This document shows, piece by piece, positions 36,993-49,348 of a DNA stretch of 64,000 nt. Source of the DNA: Nitrospirales bacterium (GTDB lineage Bacteria; Nitrospirota; Nitrospiria; Nitrospirales; UBA8639). The DNA is taken from the NCBI GenBank assembly GCA_965203295.1, contig CBDBCZ010000016.1, positions 1,216,001-1,280,000 on the forward strand. The letters are read 5' to 3'. The notes under the pieces were generated by a model. It searched no databases. It was given only the letters and a program-made list of their open reading frames with translations, and was not told the origin of the DNA. Made by a program: the position numbers and the translations under genes. Each line of letters opens with the position of its first letter. Positions within the stretch are counted from its first letter, which is position 1.

Positions 36993-38738
36993 ATGAAAAC
37001 CAATCAAGTGTCCAGTGAAGTGGACAGTAACACCAGTTGTGAGAACACCTGGTTCTTTCCAGCCCCCGATGATGACCATACCTGTGAGTGTGGTAGTACT
37101 GTAGGGAGTAAAGTGAAATGCAACAATGCCACCAAGGAAGTGGATATTCTCGACTGCTACTGTATGACATACAGCGAGGACGACCACTCAACAGTGATTG
37201 GAAAGTGTGTGTATGGTTGCAGTCATAAATCAAGTTACCACTCTCTCCCGTCCAACATTTCTCAGCTGAATGAAGAGGTTTGTGGATGGCTTAATCGTGA
37301 TGGTCAATTGTGTGGTAGATGCAAAGATGGTTTTGCACCAGCAGTATATTCCTACAGTTTAAGTTGTGTAGAGTGCAAGGATTATCACTATAATTGGGTA
37401 AAGTACGCAGTGGTTTCATTATTACCCCTGACTGTGTTCTTTTTTGTTATCACATTTACTAGAATTAAACTACTTTCGGGTGCATGGTCTGGTTACATTT
37501 TGATTAGTCAAGTACTGTCAACACCTCTTCTAATGCGTGTATTTCAGCTACATCAGGATCACAACACATTCCACTTCACTCTAGGTATTCTTAGTGTACC
37601 CTATTGTGTCTCAAATCTCGATTTTTTTCGTCTTCTATACCCACCATTTTGCCTACATCCTCACATGTCCACCATTCAGGCTTTAGCATTGGACTACATT
37701 ACAGCTGCTTATCCCCTGGCCCTAATTGTAATCACTTATTTTCTGGTTGTACTGTACGACAACAATGTAAGGGTAATTGTGTGGCTATGGAAGCCCTTTC
37801 ATTACTGCTCTGTTCGTTTTAGAAGGAACTGGAATATCAAAAGTTCGCTAGTTGATTATTTTGCTACCTTCATTATTTTATCTTACATGAAATTTTTGGA
37901 CGTATCTATCAATCTTTTGATTCCAGTTCGTCTTTTTAATATTCATGGGAAGTCAGTTGGGATATATCTTTTTTATGATGCCACAGTTAAGTATTTCAGC
38001 AAAGAGCACCTTCCATATGCATTCCTGGCCCTTGGAGTATTCTTGACTTTCAATGTTTTCCCAGTCTTACTGCTGAGCTTGTATCCCTGTCAATGTTTTC
38101 AGAAATGCATAAACCGCTGCAGGCTTAGTAACTGTCAGGCACTGCATATATTTATGGACGCCTTTCAAGGTTGCTACAAGAATGGAACAAATGGTACAAA
38201 AAATTGTAGGTGGTATGCAGCAGCGCACTTGTGGGCTCGAATTGCATTTTTCATTGTGAGTGCAGTAGCTCTTTCAGATTTATGGTTACCTTTTGTTACA
38301 TTTGTTCACCTCATTATGCTGATTCTAGTTACTGTATTCCATCCCTACAAGTCTGCTACTTTCAACACTGTTGAAACAATTCTATTTTTTGTAATGGCTT
38401 TCATACTTGTATCAGCCATGGCACATGTTATATCGCACTATATAGTCCATCACTTCCAGAAAATGTTGGATGTAATTGGTAGCATTTTCACGATTGTTCC
38501 ATTCATATATGTACTGGCAGTCTTGCTGTACAGGCTGCTATTCCATAGCCACCGTGTGCAAACAGTCTACCGAAAGTTCAAGACTTGGCTATTGTACTAC
38601 TGCAAAGATTCAATTACTCACGCAGACTCACAGGAGTCACTGCCAGACAGAATAGCTTATGACCATCCAGAAGAGAACACAGCCCTGCTACCTGTGCCGA
38701 TGCAATCGGATAGCAATTCTGAGGCTACTTATTATTAA
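36993..38738 (+). CDS. Receptor copy B1a (581 aa), 5'-truncated: signal-peptide region missing
   Basis: Open frame nearly identical to 49757-51601, but homology begins abruptly at ~36976 (AGAGCTGCAACTTTGG). Confidence 0.8.
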   Translation: MKTNQVSSEVDSNTSCENTWFFPAPDDDHTCECGSTVGSKVKCNNATKEVDILDCYCMTYSEDDHSTVIGKCVYGCSHKSSYHSLPSNISQLNEEVCGWLNRDGQLCGRCKDGFAPAVYSYSLSCVECKDYHYNWVKYAVVSLLPLTVFFFVITFTRIKLLSGAWSGYILISQVLSTPLLMRVFQLHQDHNTFHFTLGILSVPYCVSNLDFFRLLYPPFCLHPHMSTIQALALDYITAAYPLALIVITYFLVVLYDNNVRVIVWLWKPFHYCSVRFRRNWNIKSSLVDYFATFIILSYMKFLDVSINLLIPVRLFNIHGKSVGIYLFYDATVKYFSKEHLPYAFLALGVFLTFNVFPVLLLSLYPCQCFQKCINRCRLSNCQALHIFMDAFQGCYKNGTNGTKNCRWYAAAHLWARIAFFIVSAVALSDLWLPFVTFVHLIMLILVTVFHPYKSATFNTVETILFFVMAFILVSAMAHVISHYIVHHFQKMLDVIGSIFTIVPFIYVLAVLLYRLLFHSHRVQTVYRKFKTWLLYYCKDSITHADSQESLPDRIAYDHPEENTALLPVPMQSDSNSEATYY

Positions 38739-40109
38739 CTTGGACAGAGGCTGAAAGAACAAGATAACGATATACAAAGGAGTCGTAAACGTGTTGTGAT
38801 TCTGATATACTTGAATGAATGTTAGTGTATTTACATCCACATAGTTATAGTTATCTGAATGTATATGCTATTTCCTGTTTCTGTTACCAATGAATGACAT
38901 TGTAGTAAAGTGTTCAGTGTGTCTGAGAACAAACTATGCATAAACAGCAACCACACTTACTACATTCTTCAATATGCAGCTCACGCAGAACATGATAACA
39001 ATAATATAAAGGAGCCTTAAACTTGTTGTGATTGTGATATAGCTACTTGAATGAATGTTAGTGTATTTACATCCACATAGTATTAATTATCTGACTGTAT
39101 TGTTTTATCTTGATTGCTAAATGTATATGATATTTTCTGCTTTTGTTACCATTGAATGACATTGTAGTAATGTGTTCAGTGTATCTAAGAACAAACTATT
39201 CATAAACAGCAACTACAAGTGCATTGTAAAATTACCTCCGAACCTTAATGCATTCTTCAGTTTGCAGCCCACCACTACCGGAATTTGCAGAATCTTTGCA
39301 ACACTGTATAAGGCTCAGAACTTAGCATGATCCTTATATGGAAGGCACTGTTTACTTTGATCCAAGAGTGACTTGTTAATCATTCATTCACCCACCCATT
39401 ATTTTACTTAGCAGCTCCTGAGCTCAAGCCTACAGTGTTTCAAAGATTCTGCAAAGTTTTGTACCAATGATCTGTTTCAGCAATCATTACATGTACCTCA
39501 GCCTAATTTACAAGCATAAATTAATCTCATGCAGTGACTCTCCATGCATGATACATGTATAATATTTGTAGTACTACAACAAAATTGCTATCTTAAATAT
39601 TATCGTTTTTGAGTGGAAACTTAAAGGAATAAACTAGCGTCGTTCCCAGAATCCACTGCCAGCATTTTTTTGCACATTGGGATATTTCTTGTCTCTGCAG
39701 TTAAGGCAATTAATAACACACAGGCGGGAATGTTTTCATGTTGTAAAGAATCCCAACTAAAATTCATGTGGAGCCATACATGTACATATACTGCTATATG
39801 CATAGCCTGTACATGTAGCAGAAATCATTAGTCTGAGTGTACAAACCTGGCACTACTCCCTTTGAACAACAGAAGGTTTCCTGTTCTGCGTCAGGGGAAA
39901 CCTCAAAGGAAATACATGACAGAATTTTGATAGGAACCACGAAGACATAGCATGTTTCTCTAAATGACATTGGAGACATGCAGTGTCTTCATTTCCTTGA
40001 GGATCCTATCAAAACTCTGTTGTATTTCCTTACAAGTTTCCCTCGATGCAGAGCAGGAAGCTCTTGTTTATCACAGTAACTGCTCCTCAGTAATGATTTT
40101 GCAGGAACA

Positions 40110-40280
40110 ATGGTTTACTTCGTTGTTGTAGCAGCTACTCTACACCTTCTAAGTAGTCTGGTGGCCGTGGAGTGTGATACTACCCAGTGTACCAGCAAGG
40201 AGAGCTACAACTTTGGAATTATGCATTCCACTGTGTTAGGAGTATTAGTTAGAATAATGCATGAAAATGTGCAAGTGTGA
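40110..40280 (+). pseudogene. 5' fragment of a B receptor forming a 56-aa mini-ORF (signal peptide + CDTTQC + unrelated tail)
   Basis: Reads MVYFVVVAATLHLLSSLVAVECDTTQCTSKESYNFGIMHSTVLGVLVRIMHENVQV*. Homology to B genes ends at ~40220. Confidence 0.75.
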
Positions 40281-41091
40281 GAGCTCTGTTTGATTGTGGG
40301 AATCTTGTGGATTTGTGCAGCTTTACTCAGTCCCATCTACTTTCAGGAATGTACCAAACTACAACTCACTACATGTATAATGAGTGTATTAAATCAGTCT
40401 GCTCACCCAGATCATGTAGTACTTGACCTCACACCAAAACAAATCCCAGTATGGGGCAAGTATGTGTGGACATACATGAAAAACACCCTACTGGCTATTA
40501 CTCTACTCTCTGTATCTCCTAATCCCATGGCAGTCCCAAAATTAAAATAATACCATCTCAACATGAAGATTTAGAGAACATTTGGAAAAAAATTAAAACA
40601 ATTGAAGAATCCGTTTTTCAAGGGGGCAAAGGTCAAGTATATAAACCATGATCTTTGACCTCAACATAATCAAATTATCACTTGCAATATATCAACTGAA
40701 AGGGTATCTACTAAGGTACAAGATGGTGCAATTTTCATCTTGCACAGACAATCGTAGTAATAGTTATGGTCAATTATGTAGAAGCAGGTAGCCGAAAATT
40801 TGACAAACAAATTAGTTTTTGGCTGGCTGTAACACAGAAGCCGTACAATGTGTGAGGTTAATAATCACTGTGAATTAATAACTTCACATAGGGTACATAC
40901 CTACCAAGTTTCGTGGAAATCTGAGGGGGTCGTCATTTTTTTGTGTTGATTTGGCATGGAATTACCCATCTACAAGGTATTGTTTTGACTGTATGTATAT
41001 ATTGTCTTGATGTATGTATCACTGCAAAATTGAAAGGGTAGTTTTTAAACCTTATCTCAGTTGCAGCTGCATTACCAAACTTGCAGCTTTA

Positions 41092-41724
41092 CTGCAGGAA
41101 GCCAATAATAATGGGAATTCGAAAATGAATGCACTAACTAATTGTTTATGGTATTTTGATAAGAGAAACTGAATCCTTGGAATAACTATAGGAGTGCTGC
41201 AGAATCTAATCCCTGTTACTAAATACCATAAACAATCAGTAAGTTCTTTCTTCTGTAAGGATCGAGACGAAATCTCAGCACTCCTATTATCATTTCAAGG
41301 ATTCAGTTGCTCTTACCAAATATCGTAAAGAATTAGCTTGTGTATTCATTTCGAATACTGGCTTCCTGCGGTAGGAGTTAGGCCTCAATAGTTACTTACT
41401 TAACGTTTCATTAATTATCGTTTCTAAAGTCGTTTCATTAAAAGTCGTTTCTCAACAAACGAAGGAATTTACATCTATAGAGGTACACATAAATGGAATT
41501 AAAGACAAAACTACTAAATTTTACCCTCGATATACTTTCAATTAGCCTCATGTTAATCACGCATATAATAAATGCTTAAACTTTGGGCACTCCCTCTAGG
41601 ACAGTTATGACAATTGTGCATGGTTACCTTAATAGAAATAATATATACTTTTATGCAGATAAAATACTTCCAGGTTAATGAAATGTTAAATTTCATAAGG
41701 ACGTAACTAATGAGGCATAACTCC
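41092..41724. mobile_element. Two adjacent TA-flanked foldback MITEs (41092-41371 and 41374-41724) just upstream of copy B2a; repeated at ~53965-54603
   Basis: Inverted termini CTGCAGGAAGCCA / TGGCTTCCTGCGG and GGAGTTAGGCCTCAATAGTTAC / GTAACTAATGAGGCATAACTCC. Confidence 0.6.
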
Positions 41725-41811
41725 TACCCACATATACTTAGACCTCTGCAATTTGGGCAACCAGCTAGTAGGCATAAGTGACTGGTCCTCAGTAATAATT
41801 TTGCAGGAACA

Positions 41812-43662
41812 ATGGTTTACTTCATTGTTGTAGCAGCAATTCTATACCTTCTAAGAAGTCTGGTGGTCGTGGAGTGTGATACTACCCAGTGTACCAGCAA
41901 GGAGAGCTGCAACTTTGGAATGAAAACCAATCAAGTGCCCAGTGAAGTGGACAGTAACACCAGTTGCGTGAACACCTGGTTCTTCCCAGCCCCCGATGAT
42001 GACCATACCTGTGAGTGTGGTAGTACTGTAGGGAGTAAAGTGAGATGCAACAATGCCACCAAGGAAGTGGATATTCTTCACTGCTACTGCATGACATACA
42101 GCGAGGACGACCACTCAACAGTGCTTGGAAAATGTGTGTATGGTTGTAGTCATAAATCAAGTTACCACTCTCTCCCGTCCAACATTTCTCAGCTGAATGA
42201 ACAGGTTTGTGGATTTCTTAATCGTGAAGGTCAATTGTGTGGTAGATGCAAAGACGGTTTTGCACCAGCAGTATACTCCTACAGTTTAAGTTGTGTAGAG
42301 TGCAAGGATTATCACTATAATTGGGTGAAATACACAGTGGTTTCATTATTACCCCTAACTGTGTTCTTTTTTGTTATCACACTTATATACTAGAATTAAA
42401 CTACTTTCCGGTGCATGGTCTGGTTACATTTTGATCAGTCAAGTACTGTCAACACCTCTTCTCATGCGTGTATTTCAGCTACATCACAACACATTCCACT
42501 TCACTCAAGGTTTTCTTAGTATACCTTATGGTGTCTCAAATCTCGATTTTTTTCGTCTTTTATATCCACCTTTTTGCCTACATCCTCACATGTCCACCAT
42601 CCAGGCTTTAGCATTGGACTACACCACAGCTGCTTATCCCCTGGCCCTAAATGTAATCACTTATTTTCTGGTTGTACTGTACGACAACAATGTAAGAATA
42701 ATTGTGTGGCTATGGAAGCCTTTTCATTACTGCTCTATTCGTTTTAGAAGGAACTGGAGTATTAAAAGTTCTTTAGTTGATTCCTTTGCTACCTTCATTA
42801 TTTTATCCTACATGAAATTTTTGGATGTATCTATAAATCTTTTGATTCCAGTTTGTCTTTTTAATATTCATGGAGTTCGGTCGGGCTGTGTCTTTTTTAT
42901 GATGCCACAGTTAAGTATTTCAGCAAACAGCACCTTCCATATGCAATTCTGGCCCTTGGAGTATTCCTGACTTTTAATGCGTTCCCAGCCGTACTGTTGA
43001 GCTTGTATCCCTGTCACTGTTTTCAGAAATGCTTGAACCGCTGCAGGCTTAGTAGCTGTCAGGCACTAAATATATTCATGGACGCCTTTCAAGGTTGCTA
43101 CAAGGATGGAACAAATGGTACAAAAGATTGTAGGAGGTATGCAGCAGTGTACTTGTGGGCTCGAATTGCATGCTTCATTGTCAGTGCAATATCTCTTTTA
43201 GGTTTATGGATACCTTTTGTAGCATTTGGATTTCTCATTATGCTGATTTTAGTTACTGTATTCCATCCCTACAAGTCTCCTGCTTTTAACACTGTTGAAA
43301 CAATCTTATTTTTTGTAATGGTATTCATACTTGTATCAGCCATGGCACATGTTATATCAGACTATATAGTCCATCACTTCCAGAAAATGTTGGATGTAAT
43401 TGGTAGCATTTTCGCGATTGTTCCATTCATATATGTACTGGCAGTCTTGCTGTACAGGCTGCTATTCCATAACTACTGTGTACAGAAAGTCTACCGAAAG
43501 TTCAAGACTTGCCTACTGTGCTACTGCAAAGATTCAATTACTCACGCAGACTTACAAGAGTCACTGCCAGACAGAATGGCTTACGACCGTCCAGAAGAAA
43601 ACACAGCCCTACTACATGTGCCAGTGTAATCGGATAGCGAGTCTGACGCTACTCATTATTAA
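41812..43662 (+). pseudogene. Receptor copy B2a, disrupted
   Basis: Compared with the intact copy 54691-56538: a 4-nt insertion at ~42385, a net 1-nt deletion at ~42875 and a CAA>TAA nonsense change at 43627-43629. Confidence 0.85.
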
Positions 43663-44178
43663 CTTGGACGGAGCCTGAAGAACAAGATAGCAATGTATAC
43701 AGGAGCCGTAAAGCTCGTTGCGATTGCATACTTGTTAGTGTATTCACATTTACTTTAGTTATTTGACTGTATGCATATTGTGTCGTCTTGATTGCTACAT
43801 GTACATGCCATTTTCTGTTGCTGTAACTATTTAATGCAATTGAATGTAATAAAGTGTTCAGTGTGTCTGAGTATAAACTATGCAAAAACGACAACCACAA
43901 GTCCATTGTAACGTACCTCAGCCTGATTATTAACATGCATAAATATTTAAATCAACACTCATGCTGTGACTCCCATATGATCACATCTTTCTGTAGCCAG
44001 TATAATACAAAGCAGATATCTGGTATGCTGCACCCTGTTCATAATGAGAACGCACTCGCTACATTTAGTAACTTTTCGCATATTTTACTTCACTATAGTA
44101 AAAAGGTATAGTCTTTTCTCCATTGAGCATAGGAAGCAGAAATGTGCATATATTAAATGGCTTAAAACATGACAGCTC

Positions 44179-45201
44179 TAGCCTCCTTTCCAGGCTCCAC
44201 CCACAAGCTTTTCATCACACCGTGTATAAAAAAAAGAGTGTGACGGAAAGCTAGGGGAGCGGAGCCTGGGAACAAAACAAAGACAGCTCTATGTTCTATT
44301 ATATTAGCCTCGTTCCCAGGCTCTAAAGCTGGTCAGTAGAGCCTGGGAACGAGGCTATCATATAAAGACTAAGCTATGCGTGGGCACACACAGTAGCAGG
44401 GCAAAATTGTCATCTTAATCATTATCATTCATAAGTGTTTGTCTAGCCTCACTCCCGGTCTCCACAGGAAGCTCTACTTTGCGTGTTGGGAAAAGGTGGC
44501 AGTGGAGACTGGGAACGAAGCTAGGAATAAACATCTAACTACAGTCATGTTTTTTTTAATTGCTGAGATGGTATGCATTAATGTTTACTACATGCATATT
44601 CAATTTCTTTTGATTGGTGTTCAGTATGCCTGATGACAAACTATACATAAAAAGCCATTAGCTAAACAGCAACGTTAACCACAATTGCACAGTAAATCCC
44701 TTCCTCAGCAGCTTGCCACTAACAATGAGCAGTTTCAACAATCATACTTCAGCCTAATTAACATGCCTAAGTACTGAGTCATTGCTCAGTGCTTTCCCAG
44801 ACAGGAGAACTGGAGACTAGTGTCACTGAAGAACTACCACTCTGCCCCTCACCTGGTACAGCTGCTGCTCAGGGTGGTATATCTTTGAGTGCTGGCTGTA
44901 GATAGATAGATGTGATTGGTATATGTATAGAGTCATAGTCTTGTGTGCCAGTATCTTGGGAAGACTGGCACTTGAAGTCCTGGGGTAATTAGTGGGGGAC
45001 CAGGGAGTGGTATTTGACTGACCTCTTTCCCAGGCTTCCCCCACGTGCATTCGCGAACTGTTCATCTTCACGAATGCAGGTTGGGGAGTGGGGGGAACCT
45101 GGGAACGAGGTTAGTTACAACAATAATGTCTGTTTGCATGCCTAATCCAAGCCACACTTAGTACAGGTGTTAACCTAGCCCCGCACCTGGGTACGAGGCT
45201 A
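44179..45201. repeat. Cluster of very short Academ-like TAGCCTCG...CGAGGCTA hairpin elements (e.g. near-perfect 53-bp hairpin at 44305-44357); repeated at ~57060-58080
   Basis: TAGCCTCGTTCCCAGGCTCT / AGAGCCTGGGAACGAGGCTA plus several degenerate copies. Confidence 0.6.
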
Positions 45202-45852
45202 ATGTTGGCCCTCTGGGTGTAGTACCCACTTTCATACGTCTTGTATGTAGTCAGCAAATGTTTACACAACCCTATCGTGGTATGCATAGCTAGTTAGGGC
45301 CTTTATTCCACCTACAATATGCGGGTTTGAATCCAGCGCATGTCCAAATTCGTTTACACACTGAAGTTATTATTTGATTAGGGTGAATGACACATACACT
45401 CACTCAGGCTCGCCCCACAATGCCTTGCTTTTGACTAGTACATATTTAGTGATTAATGGTCTCATCAGTAAGGCCCAAATTTTTTTTAACGTATGCACTC
45501 ACCTTTGTAATCTGCTCCACTCTCTTCAACAGACAATTGCAGTTCGTCGCATCGCTGCAGCAGGAATACAAATGTGTTGCACAGATCCAAAATCTCGCAC
45601 AAGCACTGAGACCTGGATGAGAAGGCAAAAAAAAATCTGATAGCTAGCTAAAGTGCAGCTGATGCTTACACCATTTAAATTTTGTAGGGATTGTAATCCG
45701 TAAAAGTTCTGTGGTGTAGCTAATTCATATCTTGTTTGGTAATATTTTTTTTGTGATTCCATCCCTACGTGCTTTTTCATTATATTAGCAATATTGTCAG
45801 TGAGTTGTTAGCCTCAGAACTTCGGCACGTATGCATATGTCTACGATGATTT

Positions 45853-46030
45853 GAAGGGCTGAGAACCAGAATGGTCTAACCCCTTCCCAAACTTGAGAAC
45901 ACTCTTAAAATGTGTTTCAGGAGCTGGTCAAGATGAAATTTTTGGTGATAGGATATCCACATTTTCCTTCATTTTTGTGCAATTTTCAGTACTTGATTTT
46001 AGGTTACACCACTATGGTTCTCAGCCCTTC
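45853..46030. mobile_element. Sola1-like MITE (178 bp)
   Basis: Perfect 16-bp TIR GAAGGGCTGAGAACCA / TGGTTCTCAGCCCTTC and a 4-bp TSD ATTT (AWWT pattern). Confidence 0.7.
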
Positions 46031-47250
46031 ATTTGTTCTTAGAATGTTCAGCTGTGAAGGAAACTCATGAATAATTCATATCAGTACCCTACATACAACT
46101 CATATACTCAATAATGAACTCCCACAACCTCATGCATACTACTGCATGCATGTGACGTACAGTACATGTATAGCGAGAATATTTGGCGAACATTAAATTT
46201 GGCGAAAAACGTCGCGAATTTTAAATTTGGCGACGACGTAGCCTTCTAACAAGCTTATCTTACAATCCAGCAGCTTGGAGACGGACGTAGAAGCCTTTCG
46301 CGCTTCACTGATTCTCAACGGCATATTTCCTAATCCGTCTCCCGTGCGTATGCGGCGGCGTTAAGGGATTGGTTCTGTTTGTCCACTCAAAAATCGGGCT
46401 ATCTCGCAATTTACAGGGTTAAGCGATTGTCAAACCCGACAGTAACATTAAAATCTAAAAAAAGTCGATTTATGTGTACCTGATAGCGACCAAAGCGATT
46501 TCTATTCTCCGTATTTCCAGCTCTCTCTTGTTCAACACGGTAAAATCCGTCATTTTAATCATAGATAATTATCTATGTTTTAATACGGTCAAGAACTGGA
46601 ATACGACAGAGGGCGGGCATATGCGGTTTCAGGACACGGGGTTCATACCGGAGTATACCATAGATAATATAGCCATACCTTAGGCTATTATCTATGAGTA
46701 TACGTAGAGAGGCGTCCGTGTCATTTATACGGCAATCGGTCACGCCCATAGCTTGAATGCGGCACGAGCACGCGGTAAACGAGCCTTGCAAGCATAGATA
46801 CTATACTAACTATAGTTCAAGCTAGTCCACGAGGCCAGGCAAGTCTACAGTCCAAGGGTCCCATTTGTAAAAAAAAAATGTAGCGCGGGTATGTCTCTGC
46901 TAGAGACTTCTAGTTACGACGTGTATCTTACTTGCTTCAAGGTCACACACTCACACGCTTCGGGTTTAAGTCTCGAGATAGAATGCGCTTTACAACCTTG
47001 TTTGCCTCAAGTTCGATGGAGAGGGGAATCGCCATACGATCGCGCGTGGGTGATTACCGTATCCGCTCTTATTAACGCGCCACTCTAATTAATGCGCCAA
47101 TCGTCGTATTACAATTTTTTTCTCTCTAATATAGCGCCAATAAGTTTTCTGGATTATTATTCAGGTGGCGCGTTGTAAAAGGAGAGAGTTTTGCGCGTGT
47201 ACATCTTAGCATCTATTCAATCCAGTCTTGAAAGCTTCTTGAAAGTCGTC

Positions 47251-48840
47251 ATGTCTCGCATTGAAGACTACTTTCCCAAGTGCACCGATACAATTCATCA
47301 TGAGTGTACTGTTAAACGCTCACCTCCGACATCTAGCGCATCTGCTAAGAAGAGGCCAAAATTTGTGGGAAAGGGCAAAAGACCTGTAGGAAGGCCTCGG
47401 AAGAAGCAGCCTGAAATTATTGATCTTACAAGTGAAGCCAGCCTCCCACCAGCCAAAAAGCCACGTAAAGGAGACAAAACTAACAGCTCGGAGGATGAAG
47501 AAAGCGAGAGCAAGAGCAGCCGATCTGTACTGCACCGCATGTATTCGCCTGCACAAAAAAAAGCCGTGGCTACATATGCACGATTCAATGGGGTCCGCAA
47601 AGCTGCAAGGAAGTACGGAGTACATCACCGCAATGTTCAAAGATGGCTGAAGGAAGAAATGCAAGTGATTAAAAATCCCAAAAAGCGTAGAAACCAGCCC
47701 GGTCAAGGTAAAAAGATAACCTATCCGCAGGAAGTGGAAGATCAGTTGCTGAAGTGGATACTTGAAAAGCGCGAGAAATCGTATTTACCGGTATCACGAG
47801 GAATGATTAGGCTAAAAGCTCGAACCCTCATACAACAGCACAACCCACAATTTACAGCTTCTGAGGGTTGGTTGCAAAAGTTTATGCGGAGGCACGAGCT
47901 GGTCCTACGATGTCGAACAACACTTTCCCAGACACTACCCTGTGATTTAGAAACAAAGATTACAGCATTTCATGACAGAGTTCGTCATGTGCGAGAAAAT
48001 TCCGATTTCCCTTTTGAGCTCATAGCTAATATGGATGAAACGCCTGTCTATCTTGATATGATTCCATCCAGAACCGTCAACAAGAAAGGGAAAAGAAGCA
48101 TATTGGTACGTTCAACAAATTCAGAGAAGAGGCGTATAACTGCCGTTATGTGCTGCAATACTGCGGGCAAGTTTCTACCTACTCTCGCTATTTTCAAAGG
48201 AAAAACACTAAGAGCATTAAAAGGTATCACACCTCCGCATGGCATTCATGTGCGTGCCCAAAAAAATGCTTGGATTGACAAAGATTTAATGCTATACTGG
48301 ATTCAAAACATTTGGAAGGCTTTTACAAAAGGACGCCCATCTCTTCTAATTCTCGATCGTTGCAAAGCCCATCTGGAAGATAAAGTCAAAGATGCTTTTC
48401 AGAAGTGTAACACCACAACAATACTTATACCTGGAGGATGCACATCAGTAGTGCAACCGCTTGATGTCAGCTTAAATAAGCCCATCAAAGATCACCTTCG
48501 TAGCCAGTGGACTGGCTATATGATCAAAAAGAGCGAGGAGTCAGAGCAACAGGAAACACCACTTGAAAAAATTCCTCCACCATCAAAACAGTTGATCTGT
48601 GAATGGTTAGAAGTTGCTGTCAGCAAACTCTCTAGCAATCCAGTAGTTGTCAAAAAATCTTTTCAAGTAACTGGGATATCAAATGCACTCGGAGCATTCG
48701 AGGATGAACTGATTCGAAATGATGCTCTCCATCAGGAAATTAATGAAATCCTTTCAGAAGTGTTTGGGGATGATATCATAGGATACAGTAGTGATGCGGA
48801 GAGTGAAGGTGATCCGTTCGCCAGCACCGATTCAGACTAG
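47251..48840 (+). CDS. pogo-type transposase (AT-hook, HTH, CENP-B-like HTH, DDE_1 with DD35D), 529 aa
   Basis: GRPRKK AT-hook, ASEGWLQKFMRRH, and NMDETP...LILD(35 aa)QPLDVSLNKP in an uninterrupted ORF. First ATG at 47251. Confidence 0.95.
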   Translation: MSRIEDYFPKCTDTIHHECTVKRSPPTSSASAKKRPKFVGKGKRPVGRPRKKQPEIIDLTSEASLPPAKKPRKGDKTNSSEDEESESKSSRSVLHRMYSPAQKKAVATYARFNGVRKAARKYGVHHRNVQRWLKEEMQVIKNPKKRRNQPGQGKKITYPQEVEDQLLKWILEKREKSYLPVSRGMIRLKARTLIQQHNPQFTASEGWLQKFMRRHELVLRCRTTLSQTLPCDLETKITAFHDRVRHVRENSDFPFELIANMDETPVYLDMIPSRTVNKKGKRSILVRSTNSEKRRITAVMCCNTAGKFLPTLAIFKGKTLRALKGITPPHGIHVRAQKNAWIDKDLMLYWIQNIWKAFTKGRPSLLILDRCKAHLEDKVKDAFQKCNTTTILIPGGCTSVVQPLDVSLNKPIKDHLRSQWTGYMIKKSEESEQQETPLEKIPPPSKQLICEWLEVAVSKLSSNPVVVKKSFQVTGISNALGAFEDELIRNDALHQEINEILSEVFGDDIIGYSSDAESEGDPFASTDSD

Positions 48841-48958
48841 TTCAGTAGTTAAGACTTATACAGACTTGTATTCGTTATTGTACCGGTATTTATACTCCAC
48901 GTGTTTCATTCTGCAGTATTCCGTTTATGTTTGTGCATTCACGTGACCGTCGGTTAAA

Positions 48959-49348
48959 ATGGCCGCTCATGATGATGCTTGGTTTTCTACTCGTGTCAAT
49001 GGAGCTGTTCGAGGCTACCATGTGTATGGTGATATTTGGAACCCTTATGTTGGTGAACAGCTAACAACCGAGCGGGAGAGCGATAATACTGAGGATAAGT
49101 ATGCTGTTGCCGTGCGAAAAGATGGTACCGATACTGTTGGTCACGTGCCCCGCGAGATTTCCAAACTTTGCTCTTTTTTCATCCAGAGAAGTGGAATCAT
49201 TACTTGTGAAGTAACGGGAGACCGACGGAGGTCTCCGTTGTTTGAAGGCGGACTGGAAATACCATACATTTATACTTTTAAGGGGAAAAAGAAAATAATT
49301 GATAAACTGAAAGTATTTCTTACAGAATGTAACTACCGTCCACTCTAA
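48959..49348 (+). CDS. Stand-alone HIRAN-domain protein (129 aa) carried inside the pogo element
   Basis: VRGYHVY...W.P..GE.L...RE.DN..D.YAVAV...VGHVPRE...GGLEIP matches the metazoan stand-alone HIRAN pattern. It has its own ATG and stop and lies between the transposase stop and the right TIR. Confidence 0.85.
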   Translation: MAAHDDAWFSTRVNGAVRGYHVYGDIWNPYVGEQLTTERESDNTEDKYAVAVRKDGTDTVGHVPREISKLCSFFIQRSGIITCEVTGDRRRSPLFEGGLEIPYIYTFKGKKKIIDKLKVFLTECNYRPL

